A stretch of DNA of 64,000 nucleotides from Spirochaetia bacterium (GTDB taxonomy: Bacteria; Spirochaetota; Spirochaetia; SZUA-6; Bin103): assembly GCA_965203515.1 (NCBI GenBank), contig OZ241907.1, forward strand, positions 1,376,001 through 1,440,000, read 5' to 3'. Positions 9,683 through 19,336 of the stretch are shown one piece after another. The position numbers and the translations under genes were made by a program. Within the stretch, counting starts at the first letter, position 1, and each line of letters begins with the position of its first letter. The notes below the pieces were generated by a model, which saw nothing but the letters and a program-made list of their open reading frames with translations, did not search any database and was not told where the DNA came from.

Positions 9683-10670
9683 CGTAGCGTACTCAGACCG
9701 CGCGAGGGACTGCGCGCTGCCGGCGTCGGCGCATTTGTTCCGGACCGGCGTCACTCGGCGTTGCCAGCGCCGTTGTCGTCGAACTGCTGCTCGAGGCGCC
9801 GGAACGTGTCCTCGTCGATGCCGGTGGCCGCCTCGATGGTCGACCACGGGACATCGCGCCCCAGGAATTCCTGGATGGTCTGCAATCGACCCCTCATCTC
9901 GCCTTCCTGGCGGCCTTCCTGACGGCCTTGCTCGACCATCCGTTCCACGTTGACCATACCTTCCCGGCGGCCTCGCTCGACCATCTGTTCCACGTAGTTC
10001 ATCAGCTCTCCTCCACGGCCCGGCACGTTGCGGCGCAGCGCCGCCGCAAACGCCGGTCGCCGTTCCTCCGGCTGCGCCGCCAGCACGTACTCCACGTGCA
10101 GCGCTACCTCGTCGATCCCGGCAGCCCGGTACATCTCCCCCATCAACCGCGTCGCCTGCTCCAGCATCTCCTCCCACGTCTCGCGGAACGTGGCCATCAT
10201 TGCGAGCTGCGCCAACCGCGTTCCCACCGACCCCGCCACCGTCTCCGGGTTCTGCCGCGTCTGGTCGATCAGCAGGTGCTCGAACCGCGGCACCCAGCCC
10301 CAGTCCGGCTCCGCCCCCGCAACCAGCTCCGCGAACTGCCGATCATGCCGCCACGGCTCCGCTCCCTGATAGAATACCACCGGCACGATCAGCGGCAACT
10401 GCGGCTCGTTCTGGTGCTCCCGGTGCCACCTCATCCAGGCCAGCAGGCAGTAGTTCAGCAACCGCAGCCGCATCCACCGGTCCGGCGTGGACTGATGTTC
10501 GAGCAGCACGTAGACGAGCACCGGCGGACCGGAATCCTGCCGCTCGACCGAGAACAGCAGGTCGGCCTCCCGGCCGCGCCAGTCGTCGCTGACGAAGCGG
10601 CCGGGCACGTGGGTAAGGGTGGACCACCGCAGCGTGCGTGCGACCTCCTGCGGAAGGTGGGGGCGCAACA
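9683..10670 (-). repeat. Direct-repeat copy 2 of Rpn unit
   Basis: Matches 7624..8622. Confidence 0.9.
9751..10002 (-). CDS. Putative intragenic small Rpn C-terminal protein (RpnS-like, 83 aa)
   Basis: GGAGGAGAGCTG-ATG in frame. Confidence 0.6.
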   Translation of the reverse strand: MNYVEQMVERGRREGMVNVERMVEQGRQEGRQEGEMRGRLQTIQEFLGRDVPWSTIEAATGIDEDTFRRLEQQFDDNGAGNAE

Positions 10671-10788
10671 GGCCGGCGGCGTTCCGGGTATCGGAGAACA
10701 CGCCGTAGAAGTACTTGTCGTGCGGATGGCTGACCGGCGTCTCCGCCGCGGCGGACTCCGGTCGGTCCGGCGCCTGATCGTCGGCCAT
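9751..10788 (-). CDS. Rpn family recombination-promoting nuclease / putative transposase (transposase_31, PD-(D/E)XK)
   Basis: PHDKYF, ADLLFSV, YVLLEHQS, MRLRLLNY, LPLIVPVVFYQG, C-terminal GRQE repeats. Confidence 0.92.
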   Translation of the reverse strand: MADDQAPDRPESAAAETPVSHPHDKYFYGVFSDTRNAAGLLRPHLPQEVARTLRWSTLTHVPGRFVSDDWRGREADLLFSVERQDSGPPVLVYVLLEHQSTPDRWMRLRLLNYCLLAWMRWHREHQNEPQLPLIVPVVFYQGAEPWRHDRQFAELVAGAEPDWGWVPRFEHLLIDQTRQNPETVAGSVGTRLAQLAMMATFRETWEEMLEQATRLMGEMYRAAGIDEVALHVEYVLAAQPEERRPAFAAALRRNVPGRGGELMNYVEQMVERGRREGMVNVERMVEQGRQEGRQEGEMRGRLQTIQEFLGRDVPWSTIEAATGIDEDTFRRLEQQFDDNGAGNAE

Positions 10789-10802
10789 GAGACCCGGCGG
10801 CG

Positions 10803-10831
10803 ACCGTAGCCCCGGGATACTCCGGCGTCAA
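10803..10831 (-). promoter_or_regulatory. Putative sigma70-type promoter of rpn
   Basis: TTGACG-N17-TACGGT on the minus strand upstream of ATG 10788. Confidence 0.45.
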
Positions 10832-10890
10832 GCCGGCGCGGGCCAGCCGCGGCCTGCAGTCGGTCCGCCGATTCGTAGTAACGTGAGCGC

Positions 10891-12534
10891 ATGGACTGCG
10901 ATGCCGCGATAGCGAAGATACTCAAGGCCGAGGGCGTGGAATGGTTGGCCGCCTTTCCCATGCAGACCCTCATCGACGCCGCCGCCAGGGAGGGCATCCG
11001 GCCGATCGTCACGCGCCAGGAGCGGGCGGGCGTGAACATGGCCGACGGCTACAGCCGCGTCATGAACGGCCGCCGCATCGGCGTCTTCACCATGCAGCGC
11101 GGCCCCGGCGCCGAGAACGCCTTCGGCGGCGTCGCGCAGGGGTTCGCCGACAACGTACCGCTGCTGGTGCTGCCCGGCGGCGCGGAGCGCGGCCGGTTCG
11201 GCGCCCACCCCGGCTTCGACGCCGTGAGCCACTACGGCGGCGTCACCAAGTGGTGCGGCTACCTCGCCGACCGCTCGCAGATTCCCGGCCACTTCCGCAC
11301 CGCGTTCACCCGGCTCAAGCACGGCCGGCCGGCCCCGGTGCTGATCGAGATCCCGGCCGACCTGAGCACGGCCGAATACGGCGGCGACCTCGACTACCGG
11401 CCCGTCCGCGCGCACCGCTCCGCGGCCGACCCCGACGACGTGCGCGACCTGGTGACGGCCCTCCTCAAGGCGCGGGCGCCGGTCCTGTACGTCGGCCAGG
11501 GCGTCCACTACGCGGAGGCGTACCGGGAGCTGATCGAGTTCGCGGAGCTGACCCGCGTCCCGGTGCTGACCACGCTGGCCGGCAAGAGCGCTTTCCCGGA
11601 GAGCCATCCGCTCTCCCTGGGGACCGGCGCCAACTCCGCCACGCTGATGGCCGACCGCTTCCTGCGGAAGGCCGATTTCGTGCTCGGCGTGGGCGCCAGC
11701 CTCACCATCACCACGTTCAACGCGCCGCTGCCGGCCGGCGTACCGGTCGCCCAGGTCACCAACGCCGCCGAGGACCTCAACAAGGAGCACGCCATCGACT
11801 ACGGCGCGATCGGCGACGCGCGGCTGGCGCTGCGGCAGATGACCGAAGAGGTGCGCCGCCAGGCGGGCGCGGACGGACCCGGCGGCCGGGACGGCGTGGC
11901 CGGCGATGTGGCCGCGGTCAAGGCGGAGTTCCTGCAGGAGTGGACGCCGCGCCTGCGCTCCGACGAGGTGCCGATCAGCCCCTACCGCGTGCTCACCGAG
12001 CTGACCCGCGCCATCGACCCGCGCGCCGCCATCGTCACGCACGACTCCGGCTACCCGCGCGATCAGTTCGTGCCGTTCTGGCCCGCCGATACGCCCCACT
12101 CCTACATCGGCTGGGGCAAGTCCACGCAGCTCGGCTACGGACTCGGGCTGGCGCTGGGCGCCAAGCTGGCCGCGCCGGACCGGCAGGTCGTCAACGTCAT
12201 GGGTGACGCCGCCTTCGGCATGGCCGGCCTGGACATCGAGACCGCCGCCCGCGCCCGCATCGGCATCATGACCGTGGTGCTCAACAACGGCGTCATGACC
12301 CACTACGACTCCTACCTGCCCTACTCCAGCGAGCGCTACGGGACCAACGCGCTCGGCGGCGAGTACGCCAAGATCGCCGAAGGGCTGGGCGCCCACGCGG
12401 AGGTGGTCACCACGCCCGACCAGCTCGGCCCGGCGATCCGGCGCGCCGCGCAGGTCAACCGGGCCGGCCGGCCGGCGCTGATCGAGGCGAAGACCAAGAT
12501 CGAGGAGGAGGTGCCGTTCTACTACCGGCGGTAG
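10891..12534 (+). CDS. Thiamine pyrophosphate-dependent enzyme (acetolactate synthase-like)
   Basis: RQERAGVNMADGYSR, GPG, LGYGLGLALGAKLA, GDAAFGM...VVLNN. Confidence 0.92.
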   Translation: MDCDAAIAKILKAEGVEWLAAFPMQTLIDAAAREGIRPIVTRQERAGVNMADGYSRVMNGRRIGVFTMQRGPGAENAFGGVAQGFADNVPLLVLPGGAERGRFGAHPGFDAVSHYGGVTKWCGYLADRSQIPGHFRTAFTRLKHGRPAPVLIEIPADLSTAEYGGDLDYRPVRAHRSAADPDDVRDLVTALLKARAPVLYVGQGVHYAEAYRELIEFAELTRVPVLTTLAGKSAFPESHPLSLGTGANSATLMADRFLRKADFVLGVGASLTITTFNAPLPAGVPVAQVTNAAEDLNKEHAIDYGAIGDARLALRQMTEEVRRQAGADGPGGRDGVAGDVAAVKAEFLQEWTPRLRSDEVPISPYRVLTELTRAIDPRAAIVTHDSGYPRDQFVPFWPADTPHSYIGWGKSTQLGYGLGLALGAKLAAPDRQVVNVMGDAAFGMAGLDIETAARARIGIMTVVLNNGVMTHYDSYLPYSSERYGTNALGGEYAKIAEGLGAHAEVVTTPDQLGPAIRRAAQVNRAGRPALIEAKTKIEEEVPFYYRR

Positions 12535-12668
12535 CCGCGCTGCGGCGACTCCGCCGGACCGGCATGCCCGCTACGTCAGCCGACCGCCGGCGCCTGCGCC
12601 AGTTGCGGCACGCGCGGCAATCCCACAGACTCCCGGCGCGGTGAACCGCTCCCCCTCACCATGAGACC

Positions 12669-13652
12669 ATGAGCACGGCCGGCACGCTCGACCGCAGAAC
12701 CCGCGATCGGGGGACCCTCGACCGGGACACCCGGCAAGCGTTGCGCGGCGCGCGCCGCCGGCGCGCGCGCAAGTACCTGATGCTCTACGGGTTCTGCGTC
12801 ATCCCGGTGGCGGCGCTGTTCGTCTTCCACTACGTCCCGATCTACGGGATCCTGCTCGCCTTCAAGGACTTCAAGTACAACCTGGGGATCCTGGGCAGCC
12901 CCTGGAACGACTTCCAGCACTTCCGCGACCTGTTCACCGATCCCTTCTTTCCGCGCATCGTGCGCAACAGCGTCGTCATCAGCGTCCTCAAGATCGTCTT
13001 CGCCTTTCCGGCGCCGATCGTGCTGGCCATCCTGATCAACGAGATACGCACCGACTCGCTGAAGCGCACCATCCAGTCGATCTCCTATCTGCCGCACTTC
13101 ATGTCGTGGGTGGTGCTGGCCGGCATCATCGAGGAGCTGCTCTCGCCGCAGCGCGGCGTGCCGTTCTTCGTCGGTACGCTGCTGGGCGCGCAGGAGGTCC
13201 CCAACCTGCTGGCCGATCCCGAGTTCTTCCGCGCGATGCTGGTCGCCACCCACATCTGGCAGGCGGTCGGCTGGGGCAGCATCATCTACCTCGCGGCCAT
13301 CGCCGCGATCGACCCGGAGCTGTACGAGGTGGCGGCCCTGGACGGAGCCGGCCGCGTGCGCATCGCCCGGCACGTCACGGTCCCGTCGCTGGTGCCGGTG
13401 ATCACCGTGGTCTTCCTCCTGCAGGTGGGCCGGCTGCTCAACGCCGGCTTCGATCAGGTCTTCAACCTCTACCACCCGCTGGTGTATGAAGTAGCGGACA
13501 TCCTGGACACCTACGTATACCGAGTCGGCATCGTGCGCGCCGAGTTCGGCTACGCGACCGCCGTGGGCCTGTTCAAGAACGCGATCGGCGTGGCCCTCCT
13601 GGTGAGCGCCAACGTCGTCATCAAGAGATACAACCAGTATGGCATCTGGTGA
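12669..13652 (+). CDS. Carbohydrate ABC transporter permease (LplB-like)
   Basis: YLPHFMSWVV, IDPELYEVAALDGA (EAA loop), TM helices. Confidence 0.93.
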   Translation: MSTAGTLDRRTRDRGTLDRDTRQALRGARRRRARKYLMLYGFCVIPVAALFVFHYVPIYGILLAFKDFKYNLGILGSPWNDFQHFRDLFTDPFFPRIVRNSVVISVLKIVFAFPAPIVLAILINEIRTDSLKRTIQSISYLPHFMSWVVLAGIIEELLSPQRGVPFFVGTLLGAQEVPNLLADPEFFRAMLVATHIWQAVGWGSIIYLAAIAAIDPELYEVAALDGAGRVRIARHVTVPSLVPVITVVFLLQVGRLLNAGFDQVFNLYHPLVYEVADILDTYVYRVGIVRAEFGYATAVGLFKNAIGVALLVSANVVIKRYNQYGIW

Positions 13653-14574
13653 CCTTTCCCGGCCGGCAACGGCCGGTCCCGCCGGTCTTCGGCTGCGACG
13701 GCGCACGCCGGGCGAGGCCGCCTTCAGCGTGGTGAACGTGACGGTGCTGCTGCTGTTCTGCTTCACCATCGTCTACCCGTTCTGGCGGATCGTCCTCACC
13801 TCATTCGCCGGTCCCGAGGAGCTGGTGCACCTGGGCTTCAAGTTCTGGAACGACAACTGGTCGACCTACGCCTACCAGTACTCGGTGTCGCAGTACGGCA
13901 ACGTCCGCGTCGGCTACGTCAACTCGATCCTGCGCGTGGTGCTCGGCACCGTCCTGACGCTGGCGTGCACGTTGCTGATGGCCTATCCGCTGGCGAAGCG
14001 CGACCTGCCGGGCCGCACCCTGCTGACCCTGTACGTGGTGATCACCCTGTTCTTCGGCGGCGGCCTGGTCCCGCTCTATCTGGTCGTGCGCTCGCTCGGG
14101 CTGATGGACACGCGCCTGGCGCTGGTGCTGCCGGTGATGGTCAACGGCTTCTACATCGTGATCATGCGCAACTACCTGATGACGCTCGACCTGGCGTACG
14201 AGGAGGCGGCCCTGATCGACGGCGCCAACTACCTGCAGGTGCTGGTCCGCATCGTCGTGCCGCTGTCGGCGCCGGTCATCGCCGTGGTGGTGCTGTGGGC
14301 GTCGGTCGACCACTGGAACGAGTGGTTCCACGCCCTGCTCTTCACCAGGAGCCGCGACAAGCACGTGCTGCAGTTCCTGCTGCGCCGCATGCTGCAGGAC
14401 CTGACCGCGGTGCGCCTGGAGCTGGCATCGTTCGAGGAGGAGGTCGACCTGCTGCCGCTGCCGTCGGTGCGGGCCGCGGTCACGGTGCTGACGATCGGCC
14501 CGATCATCCTGGTCTACCCCTTCATCCAGCGGCACCTGGTCAAGGGCATCTTCGTCGGCTCCCTGAAAGGCTGA
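13639..14574 (+). CDS. Carbohydrate ABC transporter permease
   Basis: FGGGLVPLY, EEAALIDGA, HWNEWF, YPFIQRHLVKG. Confidence 0.93.
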   Translation: MASGDLSRPATAGPAGLRLRRRTPGEAAFSVVNVTVLLLFCFTIVYPFWRIVLTSFAGPEELVHLGFKFWNDNWSTYAYQYSVSQYGNVRVGYVNSILRVVLGTVLTLACTLLMAYPLAKRDLPGRTLLTLYVVITLFFGGGLVPLYLVVRSLGLMDTRLALVLPVMVNGFYIVIMRNYLMTLDLAYEEAALIDGANYLQVLVRIVVPLSAPVIAVVVLWASVDHWNEWFHALLFTRSRDKHVLQFLLRRMLQDLTAVRLELASFEEEVDLLPLPSVRAAVTVLTIGPIILVYPFIQRHLVKGIFVGSLKG

Positions 14575-14613
14575 CCGGTTTCCGGTAGCATGGAGCCGCA
14601 GAGCGCAAAACGA

Positions 14614-14638
14614 CGTTTCCGCGCCGGCCGCGGAAACG
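14614..14638 (+). other. Intergenic stem-loop before the SBP gene
   Basis: CGTTTCCGCG-CCGGC-CGCGGAAACG 10-bp perfect stem. Confidence 0.45.
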
Positions 14639-14654
14639 CGCGACAGGAGGATCG

Positions 14655-16349
14655 ATGATGAGACGAAACAAGACGATGGCGATCGCGCTGGCACTGGCGC
14701 TGGCGCTGGCCGTTCCGGCGGCCCTGCCGGCAACCGGCGCGGAGGAGGCGGCGGCCGGCGACGGCCACCTGGAGATCACGTGGCTGGGCGACACGCCCGA
14801 CGAGTCGTGGTGGATCGGCCAACTCGAGGAGATGTTCGACGTCACGATCACCCTGAACGGGGTGGCCCGCTTCGACGGCGAAGCGGAGCGCATCATGGTG
14901 GCCGCCGGCGAGTTCCCGGACACCGGCGCGCCGTGCTGCCTCAACACGCTGACGCTGTACGAGGATCAGGTGATCCGCGGCCTGCCGGAAGATATGCTGC
15001 GCGCCAACGCGCCCGATTACGCGCGCGCCATGGACGAGCGCTATCCGGCCATCTGGACGATCTATCGGGCGCCGGACGCGGATGGCGAACAGATCGCCAT
15101 GGGCGCCATCGCCGAGGGCAGCATGGCGTCGGTGTTCCACCTGTTCACCCGCAAGGACTGGCTGGACGCGCTGGGCGTGGAGTTGCCGGACTATGACCGG
15201 ACCAAGACCTTCCTGGCGCGCGGCATCCACTACTACGAGAACGACGCCCTGACCCTGGACTGGCTCGAGGACGTGCTGGTCGCCTACCGCGACGGCGATC
15301 CGGACGGCAACGGCCGGAACGACACCATCCCCTACGGCGCCTACACGCAGAACGATTCGCCCTACAACTCGTGGCCATGGGGAGCGATCCAGGGCGCACT
15401 GGGCGTGCCGACCATGAACCTGGACCGCAACCAGTACGTGGACGGTGAACTGTACATCGCCCACGTCAGCCCGCGCTTCAAGGAGTTCACGGAGCTGGCG
15501 GCGCGCTGGTGGGACATGGGCCTGATCGACAGCGAGTTCTTCACCATCGACCGCGGCGCGAGCTGGGAAAAGGCGGCGACCGGCGCGTTCGGGGTCTACA
15601 GCTCCAACTACAATTACGTCGGCCGCGTGCCGGCCCGCCCCCCGGACAACATGATCTCCGACCAGGAGGTCTCCGACGGCGTCGAGCTGGTGATGTTCGC
15701 GCCGATCGGACCGCGCGGCGAGCAGTTCGCCGGCATGTACGGCACCTCCTACGTGCGGTCGCAAGTGCAGGTGATGAACAAGAACCTCAGCGACGCCAAG
15801 GCCGAGCGGGTGATGCGGATCGTCAATACCAAGTACCGGCTCGACGACGGCACCACCGAGGGCATCGACCTGTGGATTCAATGGGAGTACAACCACGGAC
15901 AGGAAGGCGTCCACTGGGAGTGGGCGGGCGAGCCGTACCGGTCGCAGACGCGGCGGATCCCTCCCGACCAGCGGCCCGCGGGCGCGCCGGCGCGCGGCGG
16001 CTTCCCCACCAACTACCCCAACTACCAACCGGTGGAGAGCTTCGCGTTCACCTATCCGCCGCCGCAGACGGACTGGATACTGAACCACCTGTTCGGCGAC
16101 CGCGTGCGGAGCCGGACGTTCGCGACCGAGTACTTCGATATCTTCAATGAGACCGACTTCCGGGAAGTCGCCGCGCGCCGCGGCGAAGCCCTGCAGACCA
16201 TGACCGCCGAGTTCTTTGCCAAGGCGGTCACCGGCGAGATCGACATAGACGCCGAATGGGACGCCTACGTCGCCAACTGGATGGACGCCGGCGGCGACGA
16301 GCTGATGGCGGAGATCGCCAAGATGCCACGCTGGGCGGACTTCTTCTAG
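14655..16349 (+). CDS. ABC transporter extracellular solute-binding protein
   Basis: Signal peptide, RKDWLDALG, DPDGNGRNDTIP, WDAYVANWMDAGGD; SD AGGAGG. Confidence 0.9.
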   Translation: MMRRNKTMAIALALALALAVPAALPATGAEEAAAGDGHLEITWLGDTPDESWWIGQLEEMFDVTITLNGVARFDGEAERIMVAAGEFPDTGAPCCLNTLTLYEDQVIRGLPEDMLRANAPDYARAMDERYPAIWTIYRAPDADGEQIAMGAIAEGSMASVFHLFTRKDWLDALGVELPDYDRTKTFLARGIHYYENDALTLDWLEDVLVAYRDGDPDGNGRNDTIPYGAYTQNDSPYNSWPWGAIQGALGVPTMNLDRNQYVDGELYIAHVSPRFKEFTELAARWWDMGLIDSEFFTIDRGASWEKAATGAFGVYSSNYNYVGRVPARPPDNMISDQEVSDGVELVMFAPIGPRGEQFAGMYGTSYVRSQVQVMNKNLSDAKAERVMRIVNTKYRLDDGTTEGIDLWIQWEYNHGQEGVHWEWAGEPYRSQTRRIPPDQRPAGAPARGGFPTNYPNYQPVESFAFTYPPPQTDWILNHLFGDRVRSRTFATEYFDIFNETDFREVAARRGEALQTMTAEFFAKAVTGEIDIDAEWDAYVANWMDAGGDELMAEIAKMPRWADFF

Positions 16350-16377
16350 GCCAACGGAGAGCTGCTCCGCCTGCCGT

Positions 16378-16752
16378 CTACGGCAGGCGGAGCACGTCGA
16401 TCCTGACCCGCGCCACGCCGTCCCGCACCATGTCGATGTCGCGGGCGGCGCCGTTCGACAGGTCGATGACGCGCCCCGGCTTGAACGGCCCGCGGTCGTT
16501 GATCCGCACGACGGTGGAAGCGCCGGTGTCGAGCCGGGTCACCCGCACCAGCGCGCCGAACGGCAGCGTGCGGTGCGCGGCGGTACGCGCATGCATGTCG
16601 AAGACCTCGCCGTTGGCGGTCTTCCTGCCGTGGAAGCCGGGTCCGTACCAGGAAGCTTCGCCGATCTGTTCCTGGGGCTCCGTCCAGGTCGCGCAGCCGG
16701 CGACGACCAGGCAGCAGACGATTCCCACCTGGAGCAAGCGAACGGCCATCAC
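16378..16752 (-). CDS. rlpA: Septal ring lytic transglycosylase RlpA family lipoprotein
   Basis: Lipobox [41 protein letters not shown]. Confidence 0.93.
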   Translation of the reverse strand: MMAVRLLQVGIVCCLVVAGCATWTEPQEQIGEASWYGPGFHGRKTANGEVFDMHARTAAHRTLPFGALVRVTRLDTGASTVVRINDRGPFKPGRVIDLSNGAARDIDMVRDGVARVRIDVLRLP

Positions 16753-16803
16753 CTAGACTATCGGCAGAATCGATCGATCGGCGAAGCTGTTACTATTCGC
16801 CGC

Positions 16804-18072
16804 ATGACCGACGCCGATGCCGCGGTGCGGGCCCTGGAACGGCGCACCATGAGGGCTTCGCCGGAGCAGGCGGCGCTGCTGCGGCGCGCGCGGGCGGCCG
16901 GGCTCATGGAGATCGCCCCCGTGGCGCTGCCGGTGAACCCTCCCGGCGACAACGACCACGTCGGCTGGCCGGTGGCGACCGCAGCCGGGGACGCCCTGGT
17001 CGTGATCCACCGCCGCATTCCCGGCCACAACCCGAAAGGGGCCGGACGCGGCGGCGCCGACTCGACCTTCGCCATGGCGACCCGATCGACCGACGGCGGC
17101 GCCACCTGGAGCGAGTCGTACGACCTGCGCGACGCGATGGGAGCGGAACGCAACCGCGGCGGCGAGCTGCCGCTCTCGCACCGCTACAAGTTCGGGCCGT
17201 TCAATCCCGGCCGGCAGGGGTACAAACTGCATCTCAACGCGATCGGCGCCGCCCGCGACGGCACGGTGGTGGTGCTCTGCAACTACGGCGCGTTCCGGTC
17301 GGAAGACGGCGGCGTCACCTGGGAGCACCGGAGCGAGCCGTTCCGGGAAGACACCACGCCCGGCGACATCGTCTACCTGGGGCCGCGCATCGTCGACCAC
17401 CCGGACCACGGCCTGCTGGCGTTCGGCAACACCGTCGGCTACGTGCCGGCCGGCACCGACGGCGCGAACTACTCCCAAAACGCGGTCGACGCGCCCGGCG
17501 ACCACGGCCGGCCGTTCCTGGTGGTGCTCCGCTCGCGCGACGGCGGCCGGTCATGGGAGCGGATCGATCACCGGCTGCCGGACTGGGCCGGGCAGCACGA
17601 ACCGGCGGCCCTGCTCCACGACGGCCGCCTGTGGGTGATCGGCCGGGATCAGATCACCCGCACCGATCATCTGCAGATGCGCTTGCGCGCGCCCGGCGGC
17701 CGCGTGGAGACGCAGCGGACCAACATGCGCAACCGCCGCGGCATCGACACGGTCGACCTCGACTTCAACCCGGTGACCGGCCGTCTGGAGGTGGTGCGTT
17801 CCCGGCGCGAGGCGATGCGCGTCGACCTGTGGAGCATCGATCCGGCCGATTGGGAATCGGCGCGGTGGCGGCTGGAGACGACCCTGTACCGCCGCGGCGG
17901 CAGCTTCTACCGGGACGGCGACGGGTTCCATCCGGCGGGCGCGGTCATCGACGCCGCCGCCGGCGTGCAGCACGTCTTCATCTACATGGGCCACCCCAAC
18001 GGTCCGGCCGGCTCGTTCCGGCTCACCCGCACGCTCGACACGCCGCGTCTGGCGAATTTCCTGGGCGCGTAG
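16804..18072 (+). CDS. BNR/Asp-box (sialidase-like) protein
   Basis: RSTDGGATW, RSEDGGVTW, RSRDGGRSW; start ATG 16804 inferred. Confidence 0.75.
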   Translation: MTDADAAVRALERRTMRASPEQAALLRRARAAGLMEIAPVALPVNPPGDNDHVGWPVATAAGDALVVIHRRIPGHNPKGAGRGGADSTFAMATRSTDGGATWSESYDLRDAMGAERNRGGELPLSHRYKFGPFNPGRQGYKLHLNAIGAARDGTVVVLCNYGAFRSEDGGVTWEHRSEPFREDTTPGDIVYLGPRIVDHPDHGLLAFGNTVGYVPAGTDGANYSQNAVDAPGDHGRPFLVVLRSRDGGRSWERIDHRLPDWAGQHEPAALLHDGRLWVIGRDQITRTDHLQMRLRAPGGRVETQRTNMRNRRGIDTVDLDFNPVTGRLEVVRSRREAMRVDLWSIDPADWESARWRLETTLYRRGGSFYRDGDGFHPAGAVIDAAAGVQHVFIYMGHPNGPAGSFRLTRTLDTPRLANFLGA

Positions 18073-18095
18073 CGCCCGGACCCGGACCTGCCGGC

Positions 18096-19301
18096 ATGCT
18101 GCGAACGCTCCGCTCGGTGATGCGCTTCCGGCGCCGCACGCGCACCCGCGGCGAGCGGCTGCGCGCGCAGGCGTTGAACATTGCCGAGCTGCGCCGCCTG
18201 GCGCGGCGGCGGCTGCCGCGCGGCGTGTTTGGCTACATCGACGGCGGCGCGGAGGACGAGGTGACGCTGCGCGCCAACACCGCCGCCTACCGCCGCCGAT
18301 GGTTCGCGGCGCGCGTGCTCCGTGACATGTCGGCCGTCGACACCGGCGTCACGCTGCTGGGGCAGCGGCTCCCCATCCCGCTGGTGCTGGCGCCGACCGG
18401 GTTCACCCGCATCGCCGATCCGCAGGGGGAGCTGGCCGTGGCGCGCGCCGCCGCCCGCGCCGGCCTCCCCTATTGCCTGTCCACGATGAGCACCCGCTCC
18501 ATCGAGGAGGTGGCGGCGGTCACCGGCGGCACGCTCTGGTTCCAGCTCTACCTGCAACGCGACCGCGGCGTGGTGCGGGAGCTGGTGCAGCGCGCCCGGG
18601 CCGCCGGGTACGCCGTGCTGATGCCGACCGTCGACGTCGCCTCCCTCGGACGGCGGGAACGCGACGTGCGCCACGGCTTCACGCTGCCGCCGCAGTTGGA
18701 GTGGCGCACGTTGTTCGACGGCCTGCGGCGGCCGGGGTGGACCTGGGACTTCATACGCTCGGAACCGATCATGCTGGCCAACTTCCGGGGGCGGTCGTCC
18801 GCCGACGGCTCCACGCCGGTGGCGCTTGCCGAATACATCAAGTCCCAGTTCGACCCCACCGTGAACTGGCGCGACCTCGACTGGCTGCGCACGCTCTGGG
18901 ACGGCCCGCTGGTGATCAAGGGCATCCAGTCGGTGGCCGACGCCGCGCTGGCGGCCGAACGCGGTTGCCAGGCGATCGTGCTCTCCAACCACGGCGGGCG
19001 CCAGCTCGACGGCGCGCCGGCTCCCGTCGACCTGGTCGCGCCGGTCGTGGACGCCGTGGCCGGCCGGGCGGCGGTGATCTGCGACGGCGGCGTGCGCCGC
19101 GGCAGCGACATCGTCAAGGCGGTCGCGCTGGGCGCGGACGCCTGCATGGCCGGCCGCTTCTACCTGTACGGCCTGGGCGCCGGCGGCGAACCGGGCGTCG
19201 ACTACGCCATCGAGCTGTTGGCCGATGAGATACGTCGGACAATGGCGCTGATCGGCTGCGCGGCCATGGACCGGATCGACCGCGGCTACCTCATGGGGTA
19301 G
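18096..19301 (+). CDS. FMN-dependent alpha-hydroxy acid oxidase/dehydrogenase (L-lactate dehydrogenase-like)
   Basis: YIDGGAEDE, LWFQLY, LVIKGI, SNHGGRQLDG, DGGVRRGSDIVKA. Confidence 0.93.
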   Translation: MLRTLRSVMRFRRRTRTRGERLRAQALNIAELRRLARRRLPRGVFGYIDGGAEDEVTLRANTAAYRRRWFAARVLRDMSAVDTGVTLLGQRLPIPLVLAPTGFTRIADPQGELAVARAAARAGLPYCLSTMSTRSIEEVAAVTGGTLWFQLYLQRDRGVVRELVQRARAAGYAVLMPTVDVASLGRRERDVRHGFTLPPQLEWRTLFDGLRRPGWTWDFIRSEPIMLANFRGRSSADGSTPVALAEYIKSQFDPTVNWRDLDWLRTLWDGPLVIKGIQSVADAALAAERGCQAIVLSNHGGRQLDGAPAPVDLVAPVVDAVAGRAAVICDGGVRRGSDIVKAVALGADACMAGRFYLYGLGAGGEPGVDYAIELLADEIRRTMALIGCAAMDRIDRGYLMG

Positions 19302-19336
19302 CTGAGTCGGCGCCGCTCCGGCCGGCGCCGGGGCTC

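Noticed and set aside
7600..10900. CRISPR array or other cas genes near the cas3 fragment
   Set aside because: No repeat-spacer pattern or cas1/cse/cas5/6/7 ORFs were seen here or elsewhere in the window.
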